Shown in pieces: positions 39,101-51,609 of a DNA stretch of 64,000 bases. Source of the DNA: Amphiscolops sp. MND2022 (lineage: Eukaryota); the NCBI GenBank assembly GCA_964187785.1, contig OZ076409.1, positions 96,226,001 to 96,290,000 on the forward strand, read 5' to 3'. The translations under genes and the position numbers were made by a program. How positions within the stretch are numbered: the stretch's first letter is position 1; each line of letters begins with the position of its first letter. The notes beneath the pieces are model-generated. The model made no database searches. It was not told the DNA's origin and saw only the letters and a list, made by a program, of their open reading frames with translations.

Positions 39101-39505
39101 GCACCACAACCTCAATACTCTCGTGAAACAGTTCCATCAAAGTTCCCTCAATTTCGGAACCATATGGTGTGACCTGAACAGACGAAAAACGCCCAGTTTG
39201 AATTACCCTAGTGCCCAGGGAGGAAGACAAGCAATTACTTGGGGATATTACTTGTGTCGATCTTCTCGGCCTCCGCAGAATAGAGAACGGGTCTGTTGCC
39301 AACCCAGGCACAACAACGGAGGATGCAGAGGAATTCAAAAGATTTGACTGACAAAAGATACATCTTCCAACCTTTAGCCTTTGAAATTCAGGGAGGAAAC
39401 GGACCTTCCACATCTACTTTCTTGAAAAACCTCTGTAAAAAATTGTGCGTGTTTAACCACGAAAAAAGAGCCGGGTCGTTTTTTAGGCAGAGGTTCTCTC
39501 TCGCA
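36165..39505 (+). mobile_element. Decayed CRE-like non-LTR retrotransposon, family B
   Basis: AINSFPSGSPGGP, FFGAKLIGLRKKDG, GAEIAAH, QDFSNA, QHGDP, KNCFSLPKLLYFLRT, YIFQPLAFE. 3' part homologous to 25745-27015. Confidence 0.85.
36536..37533 (-). mobile_element. MULE-like element with transposase N-terminal remnant, inserted in the CRE RT
   Basis: 9-bp TSD TAAAAAGAC/TACAAAGAC, arms AACAGGTCGAAAAA. - strand remnants (YLR..HGYRGTA; LKRRAETTRDPLR..YQE) resemble MULE N-termini. The RT frame resumes across it (PQI.KD|LIAK). Confidence 0.7.
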
Positions 39506-40285
39506 GATTTGCTCTCCATTACAGAGCTACCATAGAAAAACGTACTTGACTTGTCTGAAGTTTGACTGTTGTCTCGAGCTTGTCCGTAATGTACTGTTTT
39601 TTTCCTACCTTTCTGGGATGACATACTTACCGACAAAAGTTCTGTACTTGAGAAAATTTGGTTTGAAAATTCATTAGTTTGAAAGTAGATAAGAAGATAA
39701 CGTTGACCTTTCACACGCCATTTCAAACGGTTTTTTTTAAAACATTGTGCTTGTTACAATAGCAGCTTTGGCAGATAAGTCAGTTGCTTTCTGTTGATAT
39801 TCTCACCCAGAAATTGTGCAAGTAGTCGTAGTAACAAAAGGATTCTATTAACTCCTTGGGAGAGGTAGTTTTACAGATGGAGAGTAATGCAAGATGCCCG
39901 TCGAGCACCGGGCTTTTTTCTGCTCGAAATGTAATGCATCAATACGGGTTCGAACCCACAACCTCGTGTCTGCCAGGCACACACACTACAACTGCGCCAT
40001 GGCGCTACTTCAATTACTAGTAAAACTGCGACACTGTAGCTCCCTTTGACAACAACACTTACGAAAAACTTCGGTCAAAACATCCCCCTCGAGTCCCAAA
40101 TCATGCTCAACATAACATGTGGTCGAAGATAGCTTTATTATGATCAAACCCACCGTAGCAATGTCTGTCTATTATGAACCGCTGGCTTCTTGAAACGAAA
40201 CCAAGACCATATGGACCGTTTGTTTAATGACAGGAGTTTCGAAGGCTTCGTTCGGGTTTCAGCTCCGATCTGAGGTTGTTTGTAA

Positions 40286-41055
40286 CAAGACGGGAACGTC
40301 TAAAGTCGGCGCCATATTTAAGGCTCAAAAAGCTCAAACTTTTTGAAATTGTAAAAGGGGGGACCCTTTGGGTTTTTTGAAAATCCAATTTGTTGCGGGG
40401 TGTAACGTCTCAAACTTCGGATATAGCGTGCTGGCCCAAATGGGAGCGCTTTTTGAACCTCCGCCTTCCTTTTGGTAAAACGGAATATAATTCGGATATA
40501 ACGTCAAAAATTCGGATATAGCGCTTTACTCAGGATATTACGTCCAAGTTTCGGATAGTTTTGGAAAAGTTATTGGTAAATATATACTGAGAAAACCTAA
40601 CTTCAGACGAAAAATGACAATTCAAAAAATATTCGAGAAAAAAACGAAAAATCATCAAAAAATAAGAATTTTGAGCCAGTCTCAAAGTGCCGAAAAACTT
40701 GAAAGGGGAGACCCTTTGGGCTTTTTGAAACTTCAATTTGCTTTAAAATATTAAAAAACTTGAAGGGGGACCCTTTGGAGACAAAAAAATTTCGAAAAAA
40801 AGTTGCACAGTGCCGAAAAAAACTCAAAGGGGGACCCTATAGTCTCGTCCGGTTTTGTACCTATAAAAATGGAGTAACTGAAAGGGGGACACTTTGCACT
40901 ATCCTAAATGCGCTCCTCGTTTGCCGGTCCAGTAGTTTAGTACTGTAATTAGTAGTTGAACGTTAATTTTAGCGTTCGTCGCTTCGAGTCTGTCTTAAAA
41001 AAAGAAAAAAATACGAGTGATTGTAATAGTCGGGCTCTTTTATTAATAAAAAGGG
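40286..41055 (+). mobile_element. Helentron/DINE-1-like repeat copy
   Basis: ACAAGACGGGAACGTCTAAAGTCGGCGCC start, AAAGGGGGACCC units. Confidence 0.6.
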
Positions 41056-41994
41056 CACACATACAGAAAATGACAGGTGATTGCTCTTCTAGAAGGCTTA
41101 AGCAAATTGAGCTGAAACATCAGAAGTTCGGCTAGCTGGCTGTGACCTGTCAGGATTTTACCCTTGTTCCTATCTCTACTTTAGTGAGTTGCTTCGGAAG
41201 GAGAGAGTCTGAGTAAATTGACCAGTTTAAGGGTTCATATTGGAAACAGTTTTCAGTTCGGAAATTCCATCTCTTCAACAAAACTTTTTTGCAGATTTTT
41301 TAGAGTATGAGTTCGTTTTATCGTGCTATTTCTGATCGGCCTAAAAATTATGGGTGACACCTGATATTATCTTCCAACAGTAATCGAACCGAATCATTTG
41401 GAGATTGCTGTATCACTTTGAATAGTATTTAGTTCCATGCGATCGTACCATTTGGTTGGAACTGCTTGAACCTTTTACATGTTTTTGTAGTTTACCAAGC
41501 TAATTTTCCATGATTTTATAAAATTCTCAAAGAAATATCCATGCATTAAATCTTCACTGATGCAATTTAAAATTATCAAGCTGCCTATAAGATGCATCCT
41601 AAATTTGGCGGCAATTCTGAGCCGCGAAGTCTTACAATTTTCATAGTGACGCCATTCTAATTTCGAAAGCAGCTGAGACCGTCATCAATTTTACCGCGCT
41701 TTCAATGCAAACAAATTTCAGTCACATTATAAGTTTTAAAGTAGCGTCATATTCAGCGTGCAATTTAGCTAAAGGTTATTACATAAGGTACTTACATGAG
41801 AAACTTACGCGTGAAAACAAAGTGATCGCTGCGGCGAAGAAGTGGAATTGTTTTCAGTTTTAATTCAAACAGTGAAGGCTCCATTGTAATCCTACAAAAT
41901 GTTTCCATGCTCGGTCTCGGAATTTTCCATGTTTTACAAAAAATTAGCCTGCATGTTTCCATGCAGCATGTAAAAAGTTCAAGCAATCTCGACT

Positions 41995-44984
41995 AGTGTT
42001 GGAGGTCCCTACGGCGTAAGACGACGTCGTATTGGAACCACCATTTTGCTTATCTCATTCCTCATTTTGGCTTATGATCTTCTCCATCATAGCTTTTAAC
42101 ATTGCCATTTCGTTGTGTAGGCGATCAAACTTTTCTTCGTTTTCGCGTTGCGTAGAGTTTTCGTTGGTTGGCGAATTTCTACCAGACTGATTTATTTCAT
42201 TTGCGGAATTGCTAGAAGATTCCATGTTTGGGTTGAGGTCAAGATTCGTATTTCTAGTAGGAGATTGTGGCGATGAATTTGTTAATATCTTGCCATTTCT
42301 AAGTACTTTCGTTGATTCAATACTCATATGCGAGGAAAAACACGAATGTAGGATAAGAGTTGAATTGTGTTTGAAAGTAGGTTAAGGTCTATCAATTGTA
42401 TACGTTTAAGAGCAGGTAAAGCAAGTACTCGTACAGTGTAGCTATAGCGAAGAGTGAGTAAATTGGTGGCCCGTTTACTCGGTAGCCCTCAACAGATCGA
42501 TGGTAAGACTCAATTCTCACCATCGCTTCGTTCACATTGGTCGTTGGGTATGGTGCTAACTATCACTTGATCATGTGACCGGTTTTCTGCATGTCGCAAG
42601 AGGGCTACCAATTAGAAATCGCGCGATAAATCTATTTGAATCAATTAACACGAATTTATAATGAACTAACACCGACAGGCGCTTGTCCTGAGTCGTGGTG
42701 ATTACCGCAAGTGCGTTAAATTGGTGTAAAATGGACAGAAATCAAGTTCTGAACTTCGGAGATGTCTAAATGATGATTTGCTAGCACTGAATGAATTACA
42801 AGGTAAAATACAACAAGTTTTGTCGTTTCTCCATCGTTTTACACCAGTTGATCACATTAGTATGGTAGTAGATGAAATCCAGATGAAAGGGGTGTAGTCG
42901 GTGGTCTGCGTGATCAACTAGATGTGAAAACGATTAATCGTGTGAACAGGGGAGAGTAATTCAATAGGTGGGAGTAGTTTCATCGTTTCTCCATCGTCAG
43001 TGACTTTCGTCCTTTGCAATGTCTAAACGATGAAAGATTTTCATCGTTTCTTCATCGCTTGTATGTTCGCGTTAAACCAACAATTAATAACGATGTATAA
43101 ACGATGAAACATTTCCATCGGTTTTACATCGTCGTGTAAGTTAGTGTCAATTGAAGAAATAACAAGTTCCATCGGTTTCACATCGTCATTCTAAATTCTC
43201 TTTCCTGGCTGTGCTATGTGGCCAGACGATGTAATATAGATGAAATTTGTTTACTTTGTACTAGAATGAGAGATTAAGCACCGATTTCATCGTTTTAGCA
43301 TCTTCAATCGATTATTAGACTTGTCACGTTAGTCTGCTCTGAGGCAGGAGCTTCCTAACAGTCTTAGTTCTATTTTCTCCATTTAGCGGTCCAGTTTGAC
43401 CGAGAAAACTACCTTCCTTTCTCGTGACAAGCCATTAAATATAAAATAGCATCATTTGCTTATTAGCACGATCATGAATTGCGGACAAACGGAACTAGAA
43501 TGCTCAGGATTAGATAAATAAATAGCTCAAATCTTACTGGGGAAATAGGGGATTAGGTTAAAGTAACGTAGAGTTTTCGTTGGTTGGCGAATTTCTACCA
43601 GACTGAGTTATTATCACTTGCGGAATTGCTAGAATATTCCATGTTCGGGTTGAGGTCAAGATTCGTATTTCTAGTAAAAGATTGTGGCGATGAATTTGTT
43701 AATACCTTTCCGTTTCTAAGTACTTTCGTTGATTCAATACTCATATGCGAGGAAAAGTACGAATGTAGGATAAGAGTTGAATTGTGTTTGAATGTAGGTT
43801 AAGGTCTATCAATTGTATACGTTTAAGAGCAGGTAAAGCAAGTACTCGTACAGTGTAGCTATAGCGAAGAGTGAGTAAATCGGTAGCCCCTCGACAGATC
43901 GATGGTAAGACTCAATTTTTACCATCGCTTCGTTCTCATTGGTCGTTGGGTATGGTGCTAATTATCACTTGGTCATGTGACCGGTTTTTTGCATGTCGCA
44001 AGAGGGCTACCAATTAGAAATCGCGCGCTAAATCTATTTGAATCAATTAACACGAATTTATAATGAACTAACACCGACAGGCGCTTGTCCTGAGTCATGG
44101 TGATTACTGCAAGTGCGTTAAATTGGTGTAAAATGGACAGATATCAAGTTCTGAACTTCGGAGATGTCTAAATGATGATTTGCTAGCACTGAATGAATTA
44201 CAAGGTAAAATACAACAAGTTTTGTCGTTTCTCCATCGTTTTACACCAGTTGATCACATTAGTAAGGTAGTAGATGAAATACAGATGAAAGGGGTGTAGT
44301 CGGTGGTCTGCGTGATCAACTAGATGTGAAAACGATGAATCGTGTGAACATGGGAGAGTAATTTGAATAGGTGGGAGTAGTTTCATCGTTTCTCCATCGT
44401 CAGTGACTTTCGTCCTTTGCGATGTCTAAACGATGAAGGATTTTCATCGTTTCTTGATCGTTTGTATGTTCGCGTTAAACCAACAATTATTAACGATGTA
44501 TAAACGATGAAACATTTCCATCGGTTTCACATCGTAGTGTAAGTTAGTGTCAGTTGAAGAAATAACAAGTTCCATCGGTTTCACATCGTCATTCTAAATT
44601 CTCTTTCCTGGCTGTGCTATGTGGCCAGACGATGTAATATAGATGAAACTTGTTTACTTTGTACTAGAATAAGAGATTAAGCACCGATTTCATCGTTTTA
44701 GCATCTTCAATCGATTATTAGACTTGTCACGTTAGTCTGCTCTGAGGCAGGAGCTTCCTAACAGTCCTAGTTCTATTTTCTCCATTTAGCGGTCCAGTTT
44801 GACCGAGAAAACTACCTTCCTTTCTCGTGACAAGCCATTAAATATAAAATAGCATCATTTGCTTGTTAGCACGATCATGAATTGCGGACAAACGGAACTA
44901 GAATGCTAGTATTAGATGAATAAATAGCTCAAATCTCACTGGGGAAATTGGGGATTAGGTACAAGTAACGTAGGGTCGCTCACA
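41995..44984 (-). mobile_element. 5' end (LTR/leader plus gag N-terminus) of a probable LTR retrotransposon, tandemly duplicated
   Basis: - strand begins TGTGAGCG at 44984. ORF 42055-42327 (LRNGK..coiled coil) resembles a gag start. 42151-43571 and 43567-44973 are near-identical. Confidence 0.55.
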
Positions 44985-45249
44985 ACCATAGATCTTATTA
45001 TATGACATCATATTGCCCATATCTAAGTACATAAGACATATTGTTTACATTACAGATATTTATTAGATTATATTTCCATCATGCTGGCATGACAACTAGG
45101 GTAGTTCTATGTCCATTGGAGGGAGCGAGGTGAAAAGCGATGATTTTCCAAACTGCATACGGTCTCCCCATACAAAGACAAAATACTTCCATTTCGGTAG
45201 AATTACCAATTGAACTGTCTTGGGGTGGCTGGTTTTCAAAGAGTTTATA

Positions 45250-46700
45250 TTTTTTCAGGGTCCCCTAACTTTTCACAGCTTTATTTGTTGCCGACTTGAA
45301 TTGTTTTTTGAAATTTAGCTTTCGGTCAAGTTCTAACCCGGAAACTTTTGGTTTTCGTTTAGACTTTTTCCTTTGCAGGAAAAGATCATCTTGTTGTCCA
45401 CAATCGGATTGGTTTCGTTTGAGGAATTGAATTGTTTTAATCTTGGTTATCAATGCTTTCATTCTCGATTTCTTAAGCCAGATGCTCAACTCATTGACTT
45501 CTTGTTGTAGTATTCGTAGGGTGTCAGTTTACGAGTCAATAACAGCCGAAAGTGTCAACTCGTTGGCATACTTGAAAGTGATGCCAACACACTTTTCGCA
45601 CATGTCCTTCGCGATAATAAAAGTATTGGCGAGAGAACTGAACCTTGAGGTGGGCCGACCGGTGACAGAAAATCTCGACTGATGTAATCAGCTAAGCGGA
45701 TTCTGAACTTCCAATTACATAAAAAAAACTTTCTACTACTTTCCACAAGGATCCTTTGACGTTCTGTTGGCATAACTTCAAAAGGAGCCCATTTGTCCAG
45801 ACACTGTCGAAAACCCTTTCCATGTCCACCATGAGACCTATTGAATTTTCTGATGCTTTCAGCGCTTTCTGTATGTCAGCAATCAACTACGTAATATATC
45901 GCGCAGATGACTTGTCTTTGCGAAAGCCTTTTGTCTCTGGTCCTCGAGATTGCTTTCGTTCAGGGTTTTCAGTATTCTGTTCTTGATGACCCTAACAATT
46001 TTTTCACGTATGAGGACTTCCTCATGGGACGGCAGCTGCTTGTGTGTAAATAGCAATCTTTGTCTGTTTTGGGTAGAAAAATCACTACATTATTTCCGAA
46101 AGGCCACTTTTGTTCTACCACAACTTTTTTGAAGAATGACAGTACGGCCACTTTTGTAATAGGCTCCATGTGCTTCAAACATGCTGGATGGATCCCACTT
46201 TTTGCTGGTGGAAACCTCGTTCAATGCCTTCTCGAGTTCGAAATAATCAATTTTGTCATGATCACTGTCTCCTGTCTGTTCCAAGGTGGAGATCTTCCGC
46301 ACTTCCATGTTCACTGTTGTAGCGAAGCCAGAATCAAAGTCTGCCTCTTGGAGATGTCGGTCTGATAAGAAATCCTGGAAGAGAATATGAGCTCGTCCTT
46401 CGTTATTTGCAATTACCCTTCCGTTATCCTCCAATACTCCTATCGGCGGCTGCGATGTCGCTCCGATAAAACCTTTGAACTTTTTACAAAAGAACTTTCT
46501 TTGCAAATGGTTAATAGACTCCGCTTCTTGTTCAATGCACTTCGATTTGTGCTTGTTCTCTGGAGACCTGTTGTTCCGGCTTCTCCAATCGTTTTCTGTT
46601 GATCCCCGCCAATTTAATTCTCCCCCAGTTAAGCGGTTAAGTGGAATTATCATTTAATAGTAACAACTAAACAAATTGCAGTATTTTGTAACTCTAACTG
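45250..46700 (-). mobile_element. Decayed LINE RT
   Basis: VDMERVFDSVW, GPPQGSVLSPILL, KYANE (degenerate YADD), GLELDRKLNF, all in broken frames. Confidence 0.75.
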
Positions 46701-47289
46701 CAGCAGAAACTCATCACTGGTAGTGGTGGGGAATTAAAAACTCCGCGCTTACTGCCGGGGGAATTAACAGAAAAGAGCAGTTTTCTGTTTGCAATGTCGA
46801 ACCATTTTATGAACATTTTCATGTTCTCTTGCAGCAACTTCGAAAGTGCAGATAATAGAGGTGACAAATAGTACTTAGTTTTTCGATACATCTTTGATTG
46901 GGGTGGCCATTTTGTTGACTCTTGTAAAATGTACAGCGTCTTTTGTTGATAGTCTCCCATTTCCCCTCTTTTGATTTCCGAGTTTTTGTTAGCATTAGTT
47001 AAAATAAGACTTTCTTGAAAAGCATAAACTTCGTCTTCTCAACTGACGCTTGGAGATATATATTTTGCACGCATTGGTCATCAATAGTGGTTATTGTAAA
47101 TGAAACACTCAAGTCTGGAGACAAAATTTACAGGGACATGGAAGGTATATATTTTACTCTCACGACAGATTAAAACAAACGTATCGCCAAGAACTTACTA
47201 TTTGTTGGCCATGATTTACAAAAATTGAAACTATAATAGAGGCAGTCTTAAAAGTTGTCATTGTAAAGATATTCAATAAAACAGTGTTT

Positions 47290-47700
47290 AAGATATATTT
47301 CCGTAGTTTTTCCCAGGATTCTATAATCGTTTCGCTTCTACAAATCCTACTGTGCTTTTCCAGTCATCTTTTTTATTGTTGCCGACTAATTTCTCTATTG
47401 GCTTTGGCTGCCAGATGTCTCTCAAATGGGCAAGTTGCTAAAAAGTGGCCTGCAGTTTCATCTGTCATGCATGTACATAATGGGGTGAAACACCGGCAAT
47501 TTTGAATTTGAAGGATCCAAGATGAATTTGTTCTGACAGCAGCTGCATCGCCTTGTTAATTTGCGATTTACTCAGCCATTTTTGTAGCGTTTCTGTTTTG
47601 TGAACTCGCAATGCGATTGTCAATCGGGTTATTGCTCAGTCTAACGTTCCACCGCTTTCCAATTTCGTTTGCAATCGTTTCAGGATTGTAGGATTTCAGG
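47290..47700 (-). mobile_element. LINE 3' fragment with CCHC knuckle
   Basis: - strand reads SPLCTCMTDETAGHFLATCP. Confidence 0.55.
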
Positions 47701-48505
47701 ATATATATAAAAGCACAGTTAGAGAATTTGAAATTAATAAAAAAGTGTAATAATAAAGCACAGGATAGAGGGGTATTCTTTTCTCATGGGATAGATAGTC
47801 ATGGGGTCTCGGGTACAGACCACCTAGCCAGGTAACGCCCGTCCGCTTCCTCCTCTAATTGCTGGGCCCTTAGTTAGAAGTAAAAAAGACTTAAGTTGAC
47901 AATGACTGGGGGGATTTTTGACGTCCAGATTAGACTTGAGATTTTCTGCTTCAGAACTTTCCTCTTCCCTTTACTTTAAAACCAAACATCATTTGCTTTT
48001 TCATGTCGACACACAGGTGCATAAATGTTCTTCACTACTCTATTTTGCTTTGTCCAGGCGTCGCGAAAACTCTACGAAACATAGAGTGGATTTCCAATTC
48101 TCCCAAATATATATTGCTTGATTTATTTACTTGATTATTATTCACTTGATTATAGGTTTTTGAAAATTTCGTTTTATTTCAACTTCTGTGCGATATCGAA
48201 ATTTGTTCTCTGTCCTCTGATCCTGAAACGAGACGACACGACGTTTCCGATGTTTTTCCTCGTCACGTGACCTTTTTTCAAGGCCGAACGGGAATAATGT
48301 CTAAAGAATAACATCTAAAGCCATGTCATGTTGATTCCCTAGGGCGCTAATAACAACTAAGGAATAATGTCTTAAATTCAATGTTTTGTTAGGTTCATTC
48401 ATTGCTCCGAATTTAATATCTAGTGTCACAGCTCCGAAATTTCCAACGTATCATTTTCACACGTAGAATTTTCGCAAGTTGACGAAATATTCACATACTA
48501 CTACT

Positions 48506-49041
48506 CACGGCCCCGAGAGAGTTGCGGCTGCAACTTAACACGATTTCCCGCGCATTTCAATCATTTTGAAATTCCGCGCATTCTTGCAACTTTTCCCGCG
48601 CTTTTCGTTAAAATCAAAGCAAAACACCGAAATTGAATTTCGTTTACTTAAAACATACCAGATTTTGGGCCAAAAAAGATATTCCGGGTTTATATTCCAT
48701 TGCAAAGCAATATGTATTTTTTTCGACGTCCTGTTTTCGTACCATAACAAAATTTAGGGACGCGAATAACGTCTAAAGGAATAACGTCTAAATTCAATGT
48801 ATTAAGATTGGGAATGAGCATGACTTGGCTTTAGACGTTATTCCTGCTCCCCAACAAAATTCTCAGATGACCTTCGATCCTTAAAAAGCGAAACCGAGGC
48901 TTTTGTTTTTCTTCAATTTGTAAAATTTGATCATTTGTAATTTAAATTTTCCGCGCTTTTCCCCGCGATTTCAATGCATTTTAAACGCAACTGTTCCCGC
49001 GATTTGTTTAATTATATTTCCGCAACTTTCTAGGGGCCGTG
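48506..49041. mobile_element. TIR MITE with a small MITE nested at ~48757-48852
   Basis: CACGGCCCC / GGGGCCGTG ends, ACTACTACT on both flanks. Confidence 0.65.
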
Positions 49042-49264
49042 ACTACTACTACTATTGACTGACAAGTTTTTGCATCTTCCCCCTCACTGTCAATGCCCTT
49101 CGTTACCTCAATGATTTCTTCAAGTTACCCATTTGCGTGAGCGTCTTTATTTAAACCAACATTCTGCAGCTGCAATTTATTATTTCCTCAGATAATTGAA
49201 ATTTTTGGAGTTATGGCACTTGGTTTTGTTTTGGAAGCCATGGAAAGTAGCAGTTTTATCATAT

Positions 49265-49670
49265 GGAATGAGCAAGAGTTCCATTCCGAAAAAAAAATTC
49301 CGAAAATAAATGTACGGTTCCATTATTCCGAAAATAAATTTGCCGTTCCATTATTCTGAAAACTAGTATTTGAAAAAGCGCATGTTGTATGGCTCGGTCG
49401 CTTCGCTCCCTTCGCCAAGTAGCAACATTGAGGCATGGCCATATGGCACGTCGCTCCTGCATTTAGGGCACTAGGGATATGTGAATGTAGATGATTACAT
49501 TATCGTAATTAGTTCGCCGCTTGTGCTGTATTCTTTTTGGAATGTGATAGGTTCATGAAATGAAATTTTCATCATAGGACTATGACTCGCACTATTTACT
49601 GCGTGTTAAGTTTTTCGGAATTTTGGAACTCAATATTTATTTATGGAATAATGGAACGACTCCCCCCATA
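49265..49670 (-). mobile_element. MITE-like element with core Y in reverse orientation
   Basis: Core at ~49383-49525. TTCCATTATTCCGAAAAT subterminal repeats with inverted ATGGAATAATGGAAC. TSD not clear. Confidence 0.55.
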
Positions 49671-50034
49671 TTCCCTATGAAAACATTGAATTTTACACGT
49701 TATTCCCCTAGATGTTATTTGCGAAACATTAAATATTATTCGAGACTCTAATTTGCTGTCTTGGGATTCACCGAAATTTTTAATATTTGTTCATGTAAAT
49801 AGTTTTGGTTCTCTTGGTAAATGTAGGTTTGCGAAGTCACAAATTGAACGCGTATCTATCGAAAGAGCTATCTGCTGATTCATCACTACTTGAACTTCTG
49901 ATTCTTAAATTGTATGCCTCGTGGTTTTAGGTCATTTCATAATTACACTTGCGATAATCAAGTGTTATGGGAAAGTGCGGGTGCTTTTTTTCCGCACGAC
50001 AACTGTCGTTTCAGCCCGCAAGTCGCATAGTACA

Positions 50035-50107
50035 GGCGTTCGTGGTCTAGTGGTAAGATGATTGCTTTTCAACCCAGAGGGTTCGTGTTCGAACCCGTGA
50101 GTATGTG
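50035..50107 (+). pseudogene. Degenerate tRNA-like sequence associated with a DINE-like repeat (~49970-50585)
   Basis: GTGGTCTAGTGGTAAGA A-box and GTTCGAACCC B-box. Confidence 0.45.
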
Positions 50108-50620
50108 CTAATTTTTTTACAAGTATTCCGAAGCAGAAGGTTCTCCCTTTTTCGCCACTATGAGACTCCTCCCTTTTTTCGGCTTTGTGAGACTTCAAAA
50201 TTTTTTAAATGTCCTCAAAGGGTCCTCCCTTCAATTTGTTTTGATATTTTGCAACAGAACGAATGTCTCTTCTTTCAGATTTTTCGGCACTATGAGACTG
50301 TTAAAAATTCTCATTTTTCTGTTTTTTTTTCAAGACACCAATGGGTTTCCCTTCAATTTTTTTTGAAATTTTGCAACAGAATGGTTGTTAAAAAATCTCA
50401 AAGGGCCCCCTATTACAGTTTTCGGCATTGTGAGAAATTTCCAAATGAATAATTTTTGTCTTAGAATTAGGTTTTCTGAGGCCCAGCACGCTATATCCGA
50501 ATTTTGTTTTTTTAAAGACCGGCGTTTTTTCTATGCTACTTTTTTCTAATCTGTTTTCATCGAAGCCCCCCTCAATTTTTACTTAAAATGTCATTTTACA
50601 CTTGGTAATTTTACACCAAA

Positions 50621-50740
50621 ATAAGCTTCGCCCTACTCCGCAGCTGCGTCCTCTGTCTAAGGGGCTGTAGGTCGACTCGCTGTCAACCAGCCATGGAGTC
50701 TTCGATTAGCGCTGTTGTCCACGAGGGAGGGCTGTCATGA
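50621..50740 (+). mobile_element. 3'-terminal fragment of a family A CRE-like element
   Basis: Translates ISFALLRSCVLCLRGCRS..ESSISAVVHEGGLS*, matching the end of 33067-33270. Confidence 0.75.
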
Positions 50741-51609
50741 ACTTTGACAATCCTTCGGATGCGAATAACCTTAGAATCAACACCTTTTTTTTGTTTTCTT
50801 TGGACATTCAATAAAATTGAGATACGATGACCTATTTTATAAATCATCCTCCACTTGCCGATGTTTTTAATATTTCTGCTTTAGCAGGAATGTTATTGTA
50901 ACCTCAAAGTTGGTCCTTTTTTTTTTTCAGTCGTCAAATTTCGTCCTACTGAATAATTCAGATATTTTGTTCGGCAGTGAGTGTAAGCGTGGGAAAGCTG
51001 CCGACAACAATTCAATTCTAGTGCGATAGAACGAGCGAGTGGTAATTATCCATTCGTATGCTGACGTCATTGAGATGAAGCGAATGAGTGTTAATTATTC
51101 GTTCGTTGAGAGCTTCGCCTGCATTCAAATGCGAATGCGAAACTTCGTCTACGCTTAGTTATATTTTCTTTAGTCCGAGAAGAATTAAAGGCGGTGTAAA
51201 CTTGTACAGTGATTAATTGTGCTCTAAGTAATGATTAAACAGGAGTGTATTGGTATTCCAGATATGATTCTTTTATTAATGATTTTTTGTTTTAAAAAAA
51301 TAAAGATTAAAGCAGAAATAGTACTGAGCCCCGGAGGGGCCTATTTTCGGAATTTGTTTTTATGGGACCGTTACTGACACTGTAGGGAGGCTCTGCAGCT
51401 TGCAGCGTTTTGACACCTGTTCTTCTTTGCTTTTTCTTTCAATTTTTCTTTATTTTACACTTGGTTCTCCGTATGATTTTGCTTATTTGGTTTTCTTCAA
51501 AAGTTCGCAACCTTCTGCGCATGTGTTTGTTGCGAAGCGCGGCTTCGCCTCTTTTATTTTGAGTACATTTCATTTTTTTTCAAACTTGAGTTCCATGTTG
51601 ATTTCAGAA

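Noticed and set aside
42598..42613. TGGTAGCCCTC (- strand) as primer-binding site
   Set aside because: Not adjacent to a recognisable LTR-terminal CA, and matches a tRNA-iMet 3' end for only ~7 nt.
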